Positions 50,300 to 60,420 are shown, counted from the first letter of the stretch. The stretch is 64,000 nt of DNA from an uncultured Candidatus Binatia bacterium (GCA_965218425.1 OZ244621.1:3744001-3808000), one strand, 5' to 3'. Numbers and translations are program-made. The notes: generated by a model from the letters alone, not told the origin.

Positions 50300-51577
50300 A
50301 TGACCAATAACGAAAACGAATTATTGACGCAAACTGATCGTGGGACTCCTGGTGGGGAGATGATTCGAAGATACTGGCAGCCGGCTGCATTGTCCGAAGA
50401 GTTGCCTATGGGTGGAGCCCCCTTGCCCGTGAGGATATTGGGGGAGGATCTGGTCCTCTTTCGAGATGACCGGAGACAGCCTGGGTTGCTGGGTATTCAT
50501 TGTTCTCATCGAGGCGCAGATTTAAGTTATGGACGTGTGGAGGACGGAGGGATACGTTGCATCTACCATGGTTGGCTCTACGATATCCGTGGAAATTGTC
50601 TGGATATGCTGGGAGAGCCGGAGGGGGGCAAACCAGAGCAAAGAGCGTCCATCCGGCATCCCGCCTACCCTTGCCAGGAACGTAATGGAGTCATCTTCGC
50701 GTACCTTGGCCCGGGAGACCCACCCCTGTTGCCCAATTATGAATTCCTTGCCGTGCCGGAAAACCATGCCTCTGTTACTAAAGTGTTTCACGAATGTAAC
50801 TATCTTCAGGGTAGCGAAGGGAACAATGATCCCATTCACAATACGCTGTTACATTACCCCTTCCAGGTTCGGGGGGTAGATATTACCGGTGTGGCGGCTT
50901 ATCAGGGATTTCGTGGCGGCAGAGGGGCGGCCCCCGGCATGGATACCATTGATGCTGAGATCACGGATTTTGGGGTAAGGCTTTCACGGACCTGTCCAGC
51001 CGGTCCGGACAAAAAATACGTCCGTATCTTTTGTTTCATGCTGCCAAATTTGACAGCGTTTCCGGGTGGGCCGCAGGGCCCGGAAGGGTATTCCGTCAAT
51101 TGGCACGTGCCAATCGATGATACCCACCATTGGAAATACATCTTCAGTTTTAGTCGGGAGCGGCCAGTGGCGAGAGACCTGGCAAACTCCGGGAGAGGAG
51201 CCGGTGCAACGGCAGACTATAAGCCCATTCCGAACAAAGCAAACCGCTACATGCAGAACCGTGAAATCATGAAAACGACGAGTTACAGTGGCATCGATGG
51301 GGTTCCTATGCAGGATCTCTGCGCTGTGGAAGGGGCCGGTCCTGTTCAGGATCGGACCAAGGAGCACCTTGCAACATCGGACAGGGCCATCGTTGCCCAG
51401 CGAAAGCTGTTGCACAAGGCCATTAAGGACGTGCTTGAGGGGAAGGACCCTTCACATGTCATTCGAGACCCAACGCAGAATCGGTTTCCAAACATTATTA
51501 TCTACGTTGGTGTTCTACCTACGTCTGTGGAGTGGAAAGACCACTGTAAGCTATTGGAGGCCGAAGTTCGTGCCTAG
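50300..51577 (+). CDS. Rieske oxygenase (phthalate 4,5-dioxygenase-type)
   Basis: NELLTQ..GTPGGEMIRRYWQP, CSH..CIYH, DPIHNTLLH, EHLATSD. Confidence 0.92.
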   Translation: MTNNENELLTQTDRGTPGGEMIRRYWQPAALSEELPMGGAPLPVRILGEDLVLFRDDRRQPGLLGIHCSHRGADLSYGRVEDGGIRCIYHGWLYDIRGNCLDMLGEPEGGKPEQRASIRHPAYPCQERNGVIFAYLGPGDPPLLPNYEFLAVPENHASVTKVFHECNYLQGSEGNNDPIHNTLLHYPFQVRGVDITGVAAYQGFRGGRGAAPGMDTIDAEITDFGVRLSRTCPAGPDKKYVRIFCFMLPNLTAFPGGPQGPEGYSVNWHVPIDDTHHWKYIFSFSRERPVARDLANSGRGAGATADYKPIPNKANRYMQNREIMKTTSYSGIDGVPMQDLCAVEGAGPVQDRTKEHLATSDRAIVAQRKLLHKAIKDVLEGKDPSHVIRDPTQNRFPNIIIYVGVLPTSVEWKDHCKLLEAEVRA

Positions 51578-51650
51578 TATCGGTTTACAAATTGGGTCGT
51601 ATACCTCCTTCCTGATGCGGTGAGGGAAGACCGACTACCGGGACAGATTC

Positions 51651-53105
51651 ATGCTGTGGCAAGATTTACGGCAATATCTGGATAAGCTCGAGGCACTGGG
51701 AGACCTGCGTAGGGTCAAGGGAGCGAACTGGGAAGAAGATATCGGAGCCATCACTGAATTGATGACCGAGAGGGGTGGGCCGGCGCTGCTGTTCGATCAA
51801 ATTCAGGGGTACCCGCCGGGATATCGGGTTGCCGCAAATTTATTTACAACACCGCAGCGAACGGCCGTTGCCTTTGGCATGGATCCCACGGCAAAAGGTC
51901 TGGCGGAGCTCTGGCATGAAGTCATAAAGAATTTTAGACCTGTGCCGCCCAAGGAGGTGCCGTCAGGTCCCGTGTTGGACCATGTTCTCACTGATGATCA
52001 AATTGACCTTTACAAATTCCCTACTCCGAAATGGCACGAAAACGACGGGGGCCGGTATATTGGGACGGGGTTGTGTGTCATTCAAAAAGATCCCGATACA
52101 GGCTTTGTTAATGTGGGGGCGTATCGTGTGTCAATCCACGATAAGAATACCTGCACCATATTCATCGAGCGGGGAAAGCACGGCGACCGGATTCGGAGAA
52201 AATACTGGAATAGGGGAGAGAAGTGTCCCGTCATAATCTCGGTGGGACAGGAACCCGTTTTGATGGCGCTTGCTGGGCCATCTGTTTATATGACTCCGGA
52301 GGGAATCTCGGAGTATGAGGTGGCGGGTTTTTTGCATGGAGAACCCTATCCCGTTATAAAGGGACGTTTTACGGGGCTTCCCATGCCGGCTCATAGTGAA
52401 ATTGTCCTAGAGGGATTTATTCCTTCCCCCGATGATGCCCTGGTGCCGGAAGGGCCTTTTGGTGAATGGACGGGTTACTATGCCCATGGGCGACGACCGG
52501 AGACAATCATCGAGGTCAAGGCCATATACCACCGTAACGATCCCATCATTTTTGGCCAACCACCGCTCCGGCCCATCGGCGTTTATAACAATCCTAACCT
52601 GGGTGGAGATGACATCGCCTCGAAAGTGCGCTTGGAGGAGGCCGGAGTTCCAGGGGTACAGCGAATCTATTTTCTTGGGCGCCCTAACCTCAGAGCCGTT
52701 GCCCTTAAGCAGATGTCCGCGCATCATGTAGAAGACGTGATCCGGGTATTGGTGCCTGGGGGAGACCAATACATGGGACACCATATTTGGATTTTGGTGG
52801 ATGAGGATATCGACGTGACCAACCCGGCGGAAGTGTTCTGGGCCATGGCGGGTAGATGCGCTCCAGAGAATGGAGTGCAGGTGGTGCCGGGGACGGGGTT
52901 TTGGCAGTTGGATCCCAGGATACGGCCTGAGGATCGCTCGAACCCGGATAAAGAAGAGGGTAGGAAGAGTTACACCGCGCACAATCTCGTGATCAATGCC
53001 TGTCGGCCCTACGATTGGATCCATGACTTCCCGCCGGTGGCGGTGAATAGCCAAGAACTGCGGTTGCGAACTGAGAAAAAATGGAAGGATCTGTTTAATT
53101 TATAA
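51651..53105 (+). CDS. UbiD family (de)carboxylase
   Basis: DLRQYL, DGGRYIGT, NVGAYR, GKHG, EGPFGEWTGYY. Confidence 0.93.
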   Translation: MLWQDLRQYLDKLEALGDLRRVKGANWEEDIGAITELMTERGGPALLFDQIQGYPPGYRVAANLFTTPQRTAVAFGMDPTAKGLAELWHEVIKNFRPVPPKEVPSGPVLDHVLTDDQIDLYKFPTPKWHENDGGRYIGTGLCVIQKDPDTGFVNVGAYRVSIHDKNTCTIFIERGKHGDRIRRKYWNRGEKCPVIISVGQEPVLMALAGPSVYMTPEGISEYEVAGFLHGEPYPVIKGRFTGLPMPAHSEIVLEGFIPSPDDALVPEGPFGEWTGYYAHGRRPETIIEVKAIYHRNDPIIFGQPPLRPIGVYNNPNLGGDDIASKVRLEEAGVPGVQRIYFLGRPNLRAVALKQMSAHHVEDVIRVLVPGGDQYMGHHIWILVDEDIDVTNPAEVFWAMAGRCAPENGVQVVPGTGFWQLDPRIRPEDRSNPDKEEGRKSYTAHNLVINACRPYDWIHDFPPVAVNSQELRLRTEKKWKDLFNL

Positions 53106-53166
53106 TTGCTGTTGCGGCCCGGCTGGTTGTCCGGCTTTGGATTAGGTTTAGATTGAGGGAGATTCG

Positions 53167-54231
53167 ATGGGAGAAATACTTGGGATTGGGATGCCCCATG
53201 CACCCCACCTTCAGTTCACCGATGAGGACATGGCCAACTTAGTGCGCCGACTCCTCAGCAGTAACCGAATTCCGGAAAAGATGAAAGATCCGAAGAACTG
53301 GCCCCCTGCTATGCGCCAAGAGTGGGGGGAAGACAGGGGGTTATCATCAGCGAAAAAGCACCGATCTGAATTGGTTCAAGGGCTCCGTGCAGCCCGGGCT
53401 GCTCTGGATGAATTTAAACCCGACTTGGTTCTCATCTGGGGAGACGATCAGTATGAGAACTTTAGGGAGGATCTTCTAACTCCCTTTTGTGTCTATGTAC
53501 TGGATGAAATTGACTGTGCGCTCTTTCAGGCCAGCAAGGGCCTTGGGGCGTCGAAAAATGTATGGGGTGAACCCACGGACAAGTTGGTCAAGGTGAAGTG
53601 TCACCAGGAGGCCGGCGATTATCTGGTGCGAAACCTCATTTTCGGTGGTTATGATGTATCGTGGTCTTATCAACTACACCATGCTGAAATGTTAGGTCAT
53701 GCCTTTCTCCGAACCGTTCTCTACCTGGACTATGACCGTAAAGGTTTTAATTATCCCATTGTGCCCTTTCATGTGAACTGCTATGGCAGTGACCTTCGCA
53801 TTCCGGCGGAACGGCTCGCCAGCCCATCGGGTTTAAACCTTCGGCCGCCCCCTTCACCGTTTCCTTGGCGCTGCTATGATATGGGAAAAGAGATAACCAA
53901 GATCATCCAACAGAGTCCATGGCGTGTGGCGGTGGTGGGTTCCTCCAGTTGGTCCCACGGTTCTCTTACGGCCAAACATCATTTCATGTACCCTGACACA
54001 GAGGCCGATCGGCAACGCTTGCGGGAGTTGAAGGCCGGCGAGCTGCAAAAGTGGCGACAACTGGACCCCAAACAGATGCGAGAGTCCGGTCAGCACGAAA
54101 TGCTGAACTGGCTATGCCTGGCCGGAGCAATGGAAGGTCGGAAAGCCCAGGTGCTCGCCTACGGCGAGACCTATCTCTTTAATTCAGATAAAGCCATCGT
54201 TCTGTTTCCCCCTGGAGATGGAGCTCCCTAG
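53167..54231 (+). CDS. Class III extradiol ring-cleavage dioxygenase (LigB-like)
   Basis: GIGMPHAP, WGDDQYENF, LGHAF, SSWSH, SGQHEMLNW. Confidence 0.88.
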   Translation: MGEILGIGMPHAPHLQFTDEDMANLVRRLLSSNRIPEKMKDPKNWPPAMRQEWGEDRGLSSAKKHRSELVQGLRAARAALDEFKPDLVLIWGDDQYENFREDLLTPFCVYVLDEIDCALFQASKGLGASKNVWGEPTDKLVKVKCHQEAGDYLVRNLIFGGYDVSWSYQLHHAEMLGHAFLRTVLYLDYDRKGFNYPIVPFHVNCYGSDLRIPAERLASPSGLNLRPPPSPFPWRCYDMGKEITKIIQQSPWRVAVVGSSSWSHGSLTAKHHFMYPDTEADRQRLRELKAGELQKWRQLDPKQMRESGQHEMLNWLCLAGAMEGRKAQVLAYGETYLFNSDKAIVLFPPGDGAP

Positions 54232-54343
54232 CCTATTTGTTAACAACACTCTTCGTAGATCTGTTTTGAGCTGACTCGCAAGGTGCTGGGCGGTGTGGTA
54301 TGAGCCATCTCATGATCGTCGCGCGGCCTCGGAGATTGACAAA

Positions 54344-55165
54344 ATGAATGATGGAAAGACTGTCACCTTTCCTTCAGGAAAACGACTGGCTTTGTCGGTT
54401 CATTTTCCGGTCGAATGGTGGACTCAAAAGGATGAGGATTACCTGATCAATTATCGCCGAGAGTATGGTGCCAAGGTGGGGGCTTGGCGGTTGCTCGACG
54501 TATTTGATCGGGTGGGCATAAAAGGCACCTGCCACATGAACGGCATCGTTGCTGAGCTTTTTCCTGACTTGGCCCGAGAGATCGTTCGGCGGGGACACGA
54601 TGTAGCGGGGCATGGTTATGATCAATCCCATCCCCAGTTTCGTATGGGTCCGGCAGAAGAAAGGGAAATCGTGAGGAAAACCCTTTCGACCATCGAGCGG
54701 ATCACGGGTTACAGGCCTAAGGGGTGGGTTTCAACGGGACGGAGAATCAGCGAGAATTCAATCCAAATATTCGCGGAGGAAGGCTTAGTTTGGCATAACC
54801 ACCACGACCTGGGTGACCTTCCTACGTCAGCACAAGTGAATGGGAGAATGATCCTGGATATTCCCATTCAGAGGCACCTGAATCTTGACGAGCGAAGATT
54901 TCTTGGATTTGACGGCAAAGGTCCCCCCATGAGCTTCACCAACATACTGGAGTTTTTTAAGGATCAACTGGACGCTCTTCGAGGGGCTGCACAATACGAG
55001 CACCTGTGCCTTCAATTCGGAGCCCACGCCTACATGTCCGGCCTACCCGCCTATTCTTGGACCCTTGAGAGGATGCTAAATTACTGCCTATCGTTTTCCG
55101 ATGTCTGGATTGTGACAACGTCAGACCTGGCCCAGTATTGGTTGGAAAACAACGTGAAAAAGTAG
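54344..55165 (+). CDS. Polysaccharide deacetylase family, PuuE (allantoinase)-like hydrolase
   Basis: FPSGKRLAL, EYGAKVGAWRL, HDVAGHGY, RPKGW, HAYMSG. Confidence 0.85.
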   Translation: MNDGKTVTFPSGKRLALSVHFPVEWWTQKDEDYLINYRREYGAKVGAWRLLDVFDRVGIKGTCHMNGIVAELFPDLAREIVRRGHDVAGHGYDQSHPQFRMGPAEEREIVRKTLSTIERITGYRPKGWVSTGRRISENSIQIFAEEGLVWHNHHDLGDLPTSAQVNGRMILDIPIQRHLNLDERRFLGFDGKGPPMSFTNILEFFKDQLDALRGAAQYEHLCLQFGAHAYMSGLPAYSWTLERMLNYCLSFSDVWIVTTSDLAQYWLENNVKK

Positions 55166-55323
55166 GCTCATGAGTCTGGGTGGGGCGGGTTTGGGCCATC
55201 CGTTCCCCAAATTTATCTTTTATTCCGTAGCATCCGCGTACAGACTAACAAGAGTAGGGATTCAAAGATCGTTTTCTTCATATCGTTCATCCTTTCAATT
55301 AAAGAGAGACCGATGAAAAGTGA

Positions 55324-56478
55324 CTATTTCTTTCTTTTCTTTCGTTCCAATGCCTGGGCCATCAGTTTCCAGTAAAACTTGCTGACCGGCCTGGGATCGA
55401 GAAATCCCAACATTGGGTAGTCCTTATTCTCATCCCTTCGGTCTGCCGCGAGGACGTTGTCCTTTGGGAGATCGATTCTCATGGAGTCTGAACCTTCCAA
55501 AACAACGGTATTCATCACCTCTTGCCAGGTCATCTGGCCTTCTTTGGAAAGGAACCAGTTGATAAAGATCTTTGCGGCGTTAGGGTGGGGAGCGTCGTTT
55601 AAGAAACCAATGACACTACTGTTCCCGCCTCCCAGTTGTCCTGCCTCTTTAATGTGGTCGGCCGGGAAAGTCTCCACGGGAAGCCCCTGACGTTTGGCGC
55701 GTTCGATGTCTCTGCACATAAAGCACAACGGATACTTTCCTCTCCCAAGCCAGTCGGTTGCCTGGCGTCTATTCCGTGAAATGGTGAGGTCCATTTCGTT
55801 AAAGAGTCGTTGCAAAAACTTTTTTCCCACCTTTGGGTTGTAGTAGAGGGTAAGCATTGGAGTCGGAATGGAGCCCCCGCTTCCATAGCTAAAAAATCCG
55901 ATTTTCCCCCTCCACTTAGGATCGAGAATATCCCAATAAGACCTAATTTCTTTTAGATCAGTGAGTTTCTTCGTATTATAGGCCATGCTGGCGCTACCAG
56001 GCGTTCCTTCGTAAAGAAATATGTATTTCTTTTCGGGATCGCGATAAAAGTGTTGGCCTCTATACCAATTGGATGTGTCTGTTACGTCGGGTAATATCAG
56101 ATGAGGTGCGATGGGCTGTAGAAAGTTTGCCAGATAGGCTGTTCGTGCCGCATTGGGGCCATAGGAAAAAATGTCGGCGAGGTATTTACGGGCACGACGC
56201 TCTGCAATGATACGTTGGATCACTTCCGAATGCCCCGACACCGTAACCACCTTGATACCCGGATGTCGCTTCTTAAATACGTTGAGAATCTGCGGATGAG
56301 TTATTTCTGCACCCCCATAAACGGTGACTCTGCCTTCCTTCTTTGCTCCTTCCAGGGTTCTCCCCCACTGCGCTTTCCAGGACGACTTGTCCGGTTGTGC
56401 GCTGCCTGGTGCTGCCAGTAAGAAGATAAATACCCACGGCCCTATAATGGCGAAAAATAACTTGCATGCTAGCTTCAT
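55324..56478 (-). CDS. ABC substrate-binding protein (AfuA-like) 3
   Basis: Signal peptide; GAKKEG, SYWDILDPKWRGK, APHPNAAKIFINW; AGGAGG RBS. Confidence 0.9.
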   Translation of the reverse strand: MKLACKLFFAIIGPWVFIFLLAAPGSAQPDKSSWKAQWGRTLEGAKKEGRVTVYGGAEITHPQILNVFKKRHPGIKVVTVSGHSEVIQRIIAERRARKYLADIFSYGPNAARTAYLANFLQPIAPHLILPDVTDTSNWYRGQHFYRDPEKKYIFLYEGTPGSASMAYNTKKLTDLKEIRSYWDILDPKWRGKIGFFSYGSGGSIPTPMLTLYYNPKVGKKFLQRLFNEMDLTISRNRRQATDWLGRGKYPLCFMCRDIERAKRQGLPVETFPADHIKEAGQLGGGNSSVIGFLNDAPHPNAAKIFINWFLSKEGQMTWQEVMNTVVLEGSDSMRIDLPKDNVLAADRRDENKDYPMLGFLDPRPVSKFYWKLMAQALERKKRKK

Positions 56479-57031
56479 GGAGTGCCTCCTGTGTAATTTG
56501 ATCCCCATGGTTATCGGGCAATTTCCCAATAATTCATGGATTCTTAATAATGGTCAATAAGAAGTCAAAAATAATCATTGGGGTTAGTACCACAGGAATC
56601 CGAAAACTACAATGTCACTGGTTAAGCAAAATAACGCTTTTGCGCTGGGCGGGCCAAATCGCCTGTGACGATCTATGCGGAAGAAAAACGGGGCGGTCAA
56701 GAACAAAGTTGCTGATCGTCTTGACAGGGTTGCTGGATGTGATAAGAAATGCCTCTGGTTTGAATCGACAAAGGACGATTTAGAACATTAACTTTATCAT
56801 AATAACCATTAAAAATCATTGATTAAAATTGTTTACATCATTGGAAAGATGGAAACCTTCAGGCCCAGGTCAAGTCGGCAGCAAAAAGTTTACGCGATTC
56901 CGAAAAAGCATTTCGGTATTCCCTTCGTTAACACGGCAGCCCGACGCTAGTGCATTCACGAGAATCCTCACACTGTTGACATTAGGCCGACAGGATTGGG
57001 CCGATCTTTCTTAAGCAGAGGAGCATAATAC

Positions 57032-58489
57032 ATGGATATGGAATGGAAGGCATTCGACAGTCTCCAGGAGTTCGTAGAGGCTTGTAAACAAATCGATGAG
57101 TGGCGTGAGATAGAGGGTGCGGACTGGAATGAGGAGATTGGCGCCCTCAGGGAAGTTACCGCGGAATCCATTGATGATCCACCGATGCTTCTATTCGATC
57201 GTATCAAAGGATACCCTGCGGGATTTCGTGTGGTGGGTCTTTTGATGTCGTCCTATAAACGGGGCGCGTTGGCCCTGGGCCTTCCACTGCATTTACCAAA
57301 GGCGGAACTTAACCGTCTGGCAGCAGAAAAGCTCAAGGATATCAAACCCATCCCGCCCATGGAGGTTTCCACTGGTCCGGTTATGGAGAACGTCATGACC
57401 GGGAATGAGGTTGACCTATGGCGTTTCCCCGTGCCGCGTTTTCATGCCATGGATGGAGGACGCTATATTGGGACGGGAGATTCTTTGATCAACCGCGACC
57501 CCGAGAGCGGTTACATCAATGTGGGGACTTACCGGATGCAGGTTCATGACTCCGGTCTCCTGGGCCTCTGGATGAGCCCGGGCCAACATGGTCGGCAGAT
57601 CTGCCAGCGGTATTGGGATCAGGGCAAAAGCTGCCCGGTGGTGGCCGTTTTCGGAGAAGATCCCCTGTCATTCATGGTTTCCCACAGCAAGATCCCCTGG
57701 GGGCACACGGAACTGGAACAGATTGGTGGGTTGCGAGGAAAGCCCCTGGAAGTTATCAAGGGCCCCATAACAGGTCTGCCAATACCTGCCCATGCAGAGA
57801 TTGCCATAGAAGGGGAGGTGCCTCCGCCTAAGGAGGAAGCGCGTGATGAGGGGCCTTTTGGAGAGTGGCCGGGATACTATTCGGGGGGTACCATTGGGAC
57901 CGGAGAGGCTCAACCTGTGATTCGAGTAAAGGCCATTTATCATCGCAACAACCCAATTATTCACGGCGATGCACCCATGTGGCCCGGAGCCCGTCGAGGC
58001 GGCCTATCGGGAGGAGCGGGCCGAGGTGGGGTGGCAGATCTGGCTCGTGCCGGTATCCAAGACGTGGTGGCGGTTGGGAATCACATGGGGTATATCCGGG
58101 TGGTAGCTATCAAGCAACGCTATCCGGGACATGCACAGCAGGCGGCCCGAGCCGTTTCATCGGTGACTCGCAACGGTCGATGGATCGTAGTCGTGGACGA
58201 GGATATCGATCCCACTAACTTTAGTGAAGTGCTCTGGGCAATGACCACCCGAGTGGAACCGGCAAAGGATATTGAGATACTCGAAAATTGCTGGAGTACG
58301 CCGCTGGATCCACTGATGCCTCCCGACAAGCGTGATTCCGGCGACCATACGAATTCATTGGCGGTCTTTTATGCGGTTCGTCCGTTTCATCGGCGCGATA
58401 CTTTCCCTAAAGTGAGCCGTAGCCCCCTAGATCTACGGATAAAGATGCTTGAAAAGTATAAGTCCATCCTTCCGTTCCCGGACAAGTAG
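57032..58489 (+). CDS. UbiD family (de)carboxylase
   Basis: DGGRYIGT, NVGTYR, PGQHG, EGPFGEWPGYY, WSTPLDP. Confidence 0.93.
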   Translation: MDMEWKAFDSLQEFVEACKQIDEWREIEGADWNEEIGALREVTAESIDDPPMLLFDRIKGYPAGFRVVGLLMSSYKRGALALGLPLHLPKAELNRLAAEKLKDIKPIPPMEVSTGPVMENVMTGNEVDLWRFPVPRFHAMDGGRYIGTGDSLINRDPESGYINVGTYRMQVHDSGLLGLWMSPGQHGRQICQRYWDQGKSCPVVAVFGEDPLSFMVSHSKIPWGHTELEQIGGLRGKPLEVIKGPITGLPIPAHAEIAIEGEVPPPKEEARDEGPFGEWPGYYSGGTIGTGEAQPVIRVKAIYHRNNPIIHGDAPMWPGARRGGLSGGAGRGGVADLARAGIQDVVAVGNHMGYIRVVAIKQRYPGHAQQAARAVSSVTRNGRWIVVVDEDIDPTNFSEVLWAMTTRVEPAKDIEILENCWSTPLDPLMPPDKRDSGDHTNSLAVFYAVRPFHRRDTFPKVSRSPLDLRIKMLEKYKSILPFPDK

Positions 58490-58773
58490 CAGGAACTCGG
58501 ACCCGGACGATATTCGGTACCCAATTGGAATCGGGGGCAAAGTCTACCCTTGTCTCCATAGCTCCCGGTTGAAAATCCTCCCGGTTTTCCATCTGCTGAT
58601 AATTCATTTGGTGGACCTACATAGATGTGCCTGTCTACTTTGACCCGTCTTAGGATCAAGACCAACGATATTCAAATGTTCGGGGTTAGCTTGAACCTGA
58701 AGTACCACTTCTAGTCAGGTCGTTGACCGAGCTTTTCTGCTGGATCACCTCTGCCTTGCTGTGAAATGATAAG

Positions 58774-58952
58774 CATAGCAGGTCAGTTTCGCGCCCGTTG
58801 AGAATTCAAGAAATCCATTGGGAACATGGGCGTTCGATTGTGGGCCCAGGCACCTCACAGTAAAACTCCACCAATCGGCCGACAAAAATGCAGCCCCGAA
58901 GCCCGGCCCGCGCAGTCCCTACCGCAAGCGGAATTCAAACTGACCCACTACC
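58774..58952. mobile_element. Possible degenerate MITE or IS-end remnant
   Basis: Imperfect terminal inverted repeats CATAGCAGGTCAGTTT (58774-58789) and AAACTGACCCACTACC (58937-58952); no ORF; no clear target duplication. Confidence 0.4.
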
Positions 58953-58959
58953 GATAGCC

Positions 58960-59004
58960 TTGACACATTGCCGAGAATCTATGATAGTACGACACCTACG
59001 TTAA
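58960..59004 (+). promoter_or_regulatory. Sigma70-like promoter with downstream TACGTTAA box
   Basis: TTGACA at 58960, 17 nt spacer, GATAGT, TACGTTAA at 58997. Confidence 0.45.
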
Positions 59005-59037
59005 TTGGGTGGCTAGCCATAAGGAGGTTTTAATCCC

Positions 59038-59997
59038 ATGAGTGAAGAAAAACGTTTGGAAGCAAAGGTGATCTATCGTTCCAACCACTCACAGTTGTCT
59101 TTGATAACCATTCTGGAGCGGGCCGGAATTTGGGATCGACTGGGAATCGACGTTACCCGAATGGAGCTCAAGCGGAACGCGACCGAAGCGGAGGAGGAAC
59201 TCCTCTCAGGCAAGTGTAACGTGATATTTGGTTGCCATATTACCCCCCACCTCAGGGTTGCCAATGGCGATCCATTGGTTTGCATGGCACAGGCAGTGAA
59301 TGTGGCTGAGGACATGTTGGTGAGCACACAACCCGTCTATGACCTGGCGGAACTGAAGGGCAAAACTCTGGCGGAGGAAAAACTATGTGACGAGCATGGA
59401 CACTTGAACGGTCATCCTCGTGGCACCCACGAGCTCTACCTGCGTAACGCTGGCATCTCGTCGGATATGATGGGGATCGAAGCACCTTCGAAGGGGCAAA
59501 GCAGCGTGCAGTTACTTCAAAATGGTAAAGCCGACGCGTTCTTCACCAATGCCACCCGGGAGGCGGAATGCAAGCGTCTTGGCCTCCACACAAAGGTCAT
59601 ACCCGTGTTTCCCATGGTGAACTCCATTACGCTAACCAGCACGGTGCCCTACGTACAAGAAAATGCTGAACTCTACCGACGGATGACCAAGGGACTCGCC
59701 CTGGGCATAGCCTTCATTCATAAGGAAAAAGAAAAGACCCTTGAGGCGCTGGGAGGACAGGTGGCGGATAGATTGGGCATCAAGGATGACGATGAGTTGG
59801 AGCAGTACTACCAGAAACTGCTTAATATTCTCAATCCACGTCTCTGTCCTGATTATCAGTCTCTCTACAATGCCTATCGCATTGCTGAAATAGTTTACCC
59901 GGAAGTCAAGGACAGGGGGAATCCAGTGAAGCTTTGGGATCTCCACTACGTACGCCAGCTCGAGGCTGACGGGTTCTTTGACGAGATTTACAAGTAA
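59038..59997 (+). CDS. NMT1/SsuA/THI5-like binding-fold protein without a signal peptide, paralogue of 12086
   Basis: AAGGAGG RBS fixes the start; FGCH, DLAELKGKT, LWDLHYVRQLEADGFFDEIY. Confidence 0.78.
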   Translation: MSEEKRLEAKVIYRSNHSQLSLITILERAGIWDRLGIDVTRMELKRNATEAEEELLSGKCNVIFGCHITPHLRVANGDPLVCMAQAVNVAEDMLVSTQPVYDLAELKGKTLAEEKLCDEHGHLNGHPRGTHELYLRNAGISSDMMGIEAPSKGQSSVQLLQNGKADAFFTNATREAECKRLGLHTKVIPVFPMVNSITLTSTVPYVQENAELYRRMTKGLALGIAFIHKEKEKTLEALGGQVADRLGIKDDDELEQYYQKLLNILNPRLCPDYQSLYNAYRIAEIVYPEVKDRGNPVKLWDLHYVRQLEADGFFDEIYK

Positions 59998-60059
59998 ATT
60001 TTCTCGGATTCCGCTCTTCAAGGACTACGCGGGAACTTTCCCTAAATCAGTTAAAAACC

Positions 60060-60096
60060 AAAGGCCCTGAGTGGAATCTCACTTAGGGCCTTTTTT
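60060..60096. terminator. Bidirectional Rho-independent terminator
   Basis: AAAGGCCCTGAGTG-GAATCT-CACTTAGGGCCTTT plus TTT, between the converging CDS and tRNA. Confidence 0.85.
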
Positions 60097-60244
60097 CGTT
60101 GTTACCTCCGGAAACACGAATAGGATGCCCGTAGAGTGCAGTTGAGGCAGGAGTGCCTGGGAAAACCATCTGAGGCGTACGAATCGTTCAGGGGTGGAAA
60201 AAAACTGGAGAGTATGGCAAAAAGAAGCAAGTGCTTGAAATTGT

Positions 60245-60332
60245 TGGTGCGAAAGGGGGGACTCGAACCCCCACGGGTGTTACCCCACAGGATCCTGAAT
60301 CCTGCGCGTCTACCAAATTCCGCCACTTTCGC
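60245..60332 (-). tRNA. tRNA-Leu (CAG)
   Basis: GCGAAAGTGGCGGAATTTGGTAGACGCGCAGGATTCAGGATCCTG..GTTCGAGTCC..CGCACCA; long variable arm. Confidence 0.97.
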
Positions 60333-60420
60333 ACCGAGGGTGAAAACACTCCTATTCTTAACCCGGGCATGGAACATGTCAAGCTGACAATTCCAAATAA
60401 CCGGCTCCGCGAACACAGAG

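Noticed and set aside
56520..57030. AT-rich 550-bp divergent spacer as a possible riboswitch or sRNA
   Set aside because: Only a TTGACA (56722) and a short AATCA-T-TGATT palindrome were seen; consistent with an ordinary promoter region.
29526..60332. Integrative island between tRNA-Ala and tRNA-Leu
   Set aside because: No integrase and no duplicated tRNA 3' end (att site) were found by eye, so it is called an accessory region only.
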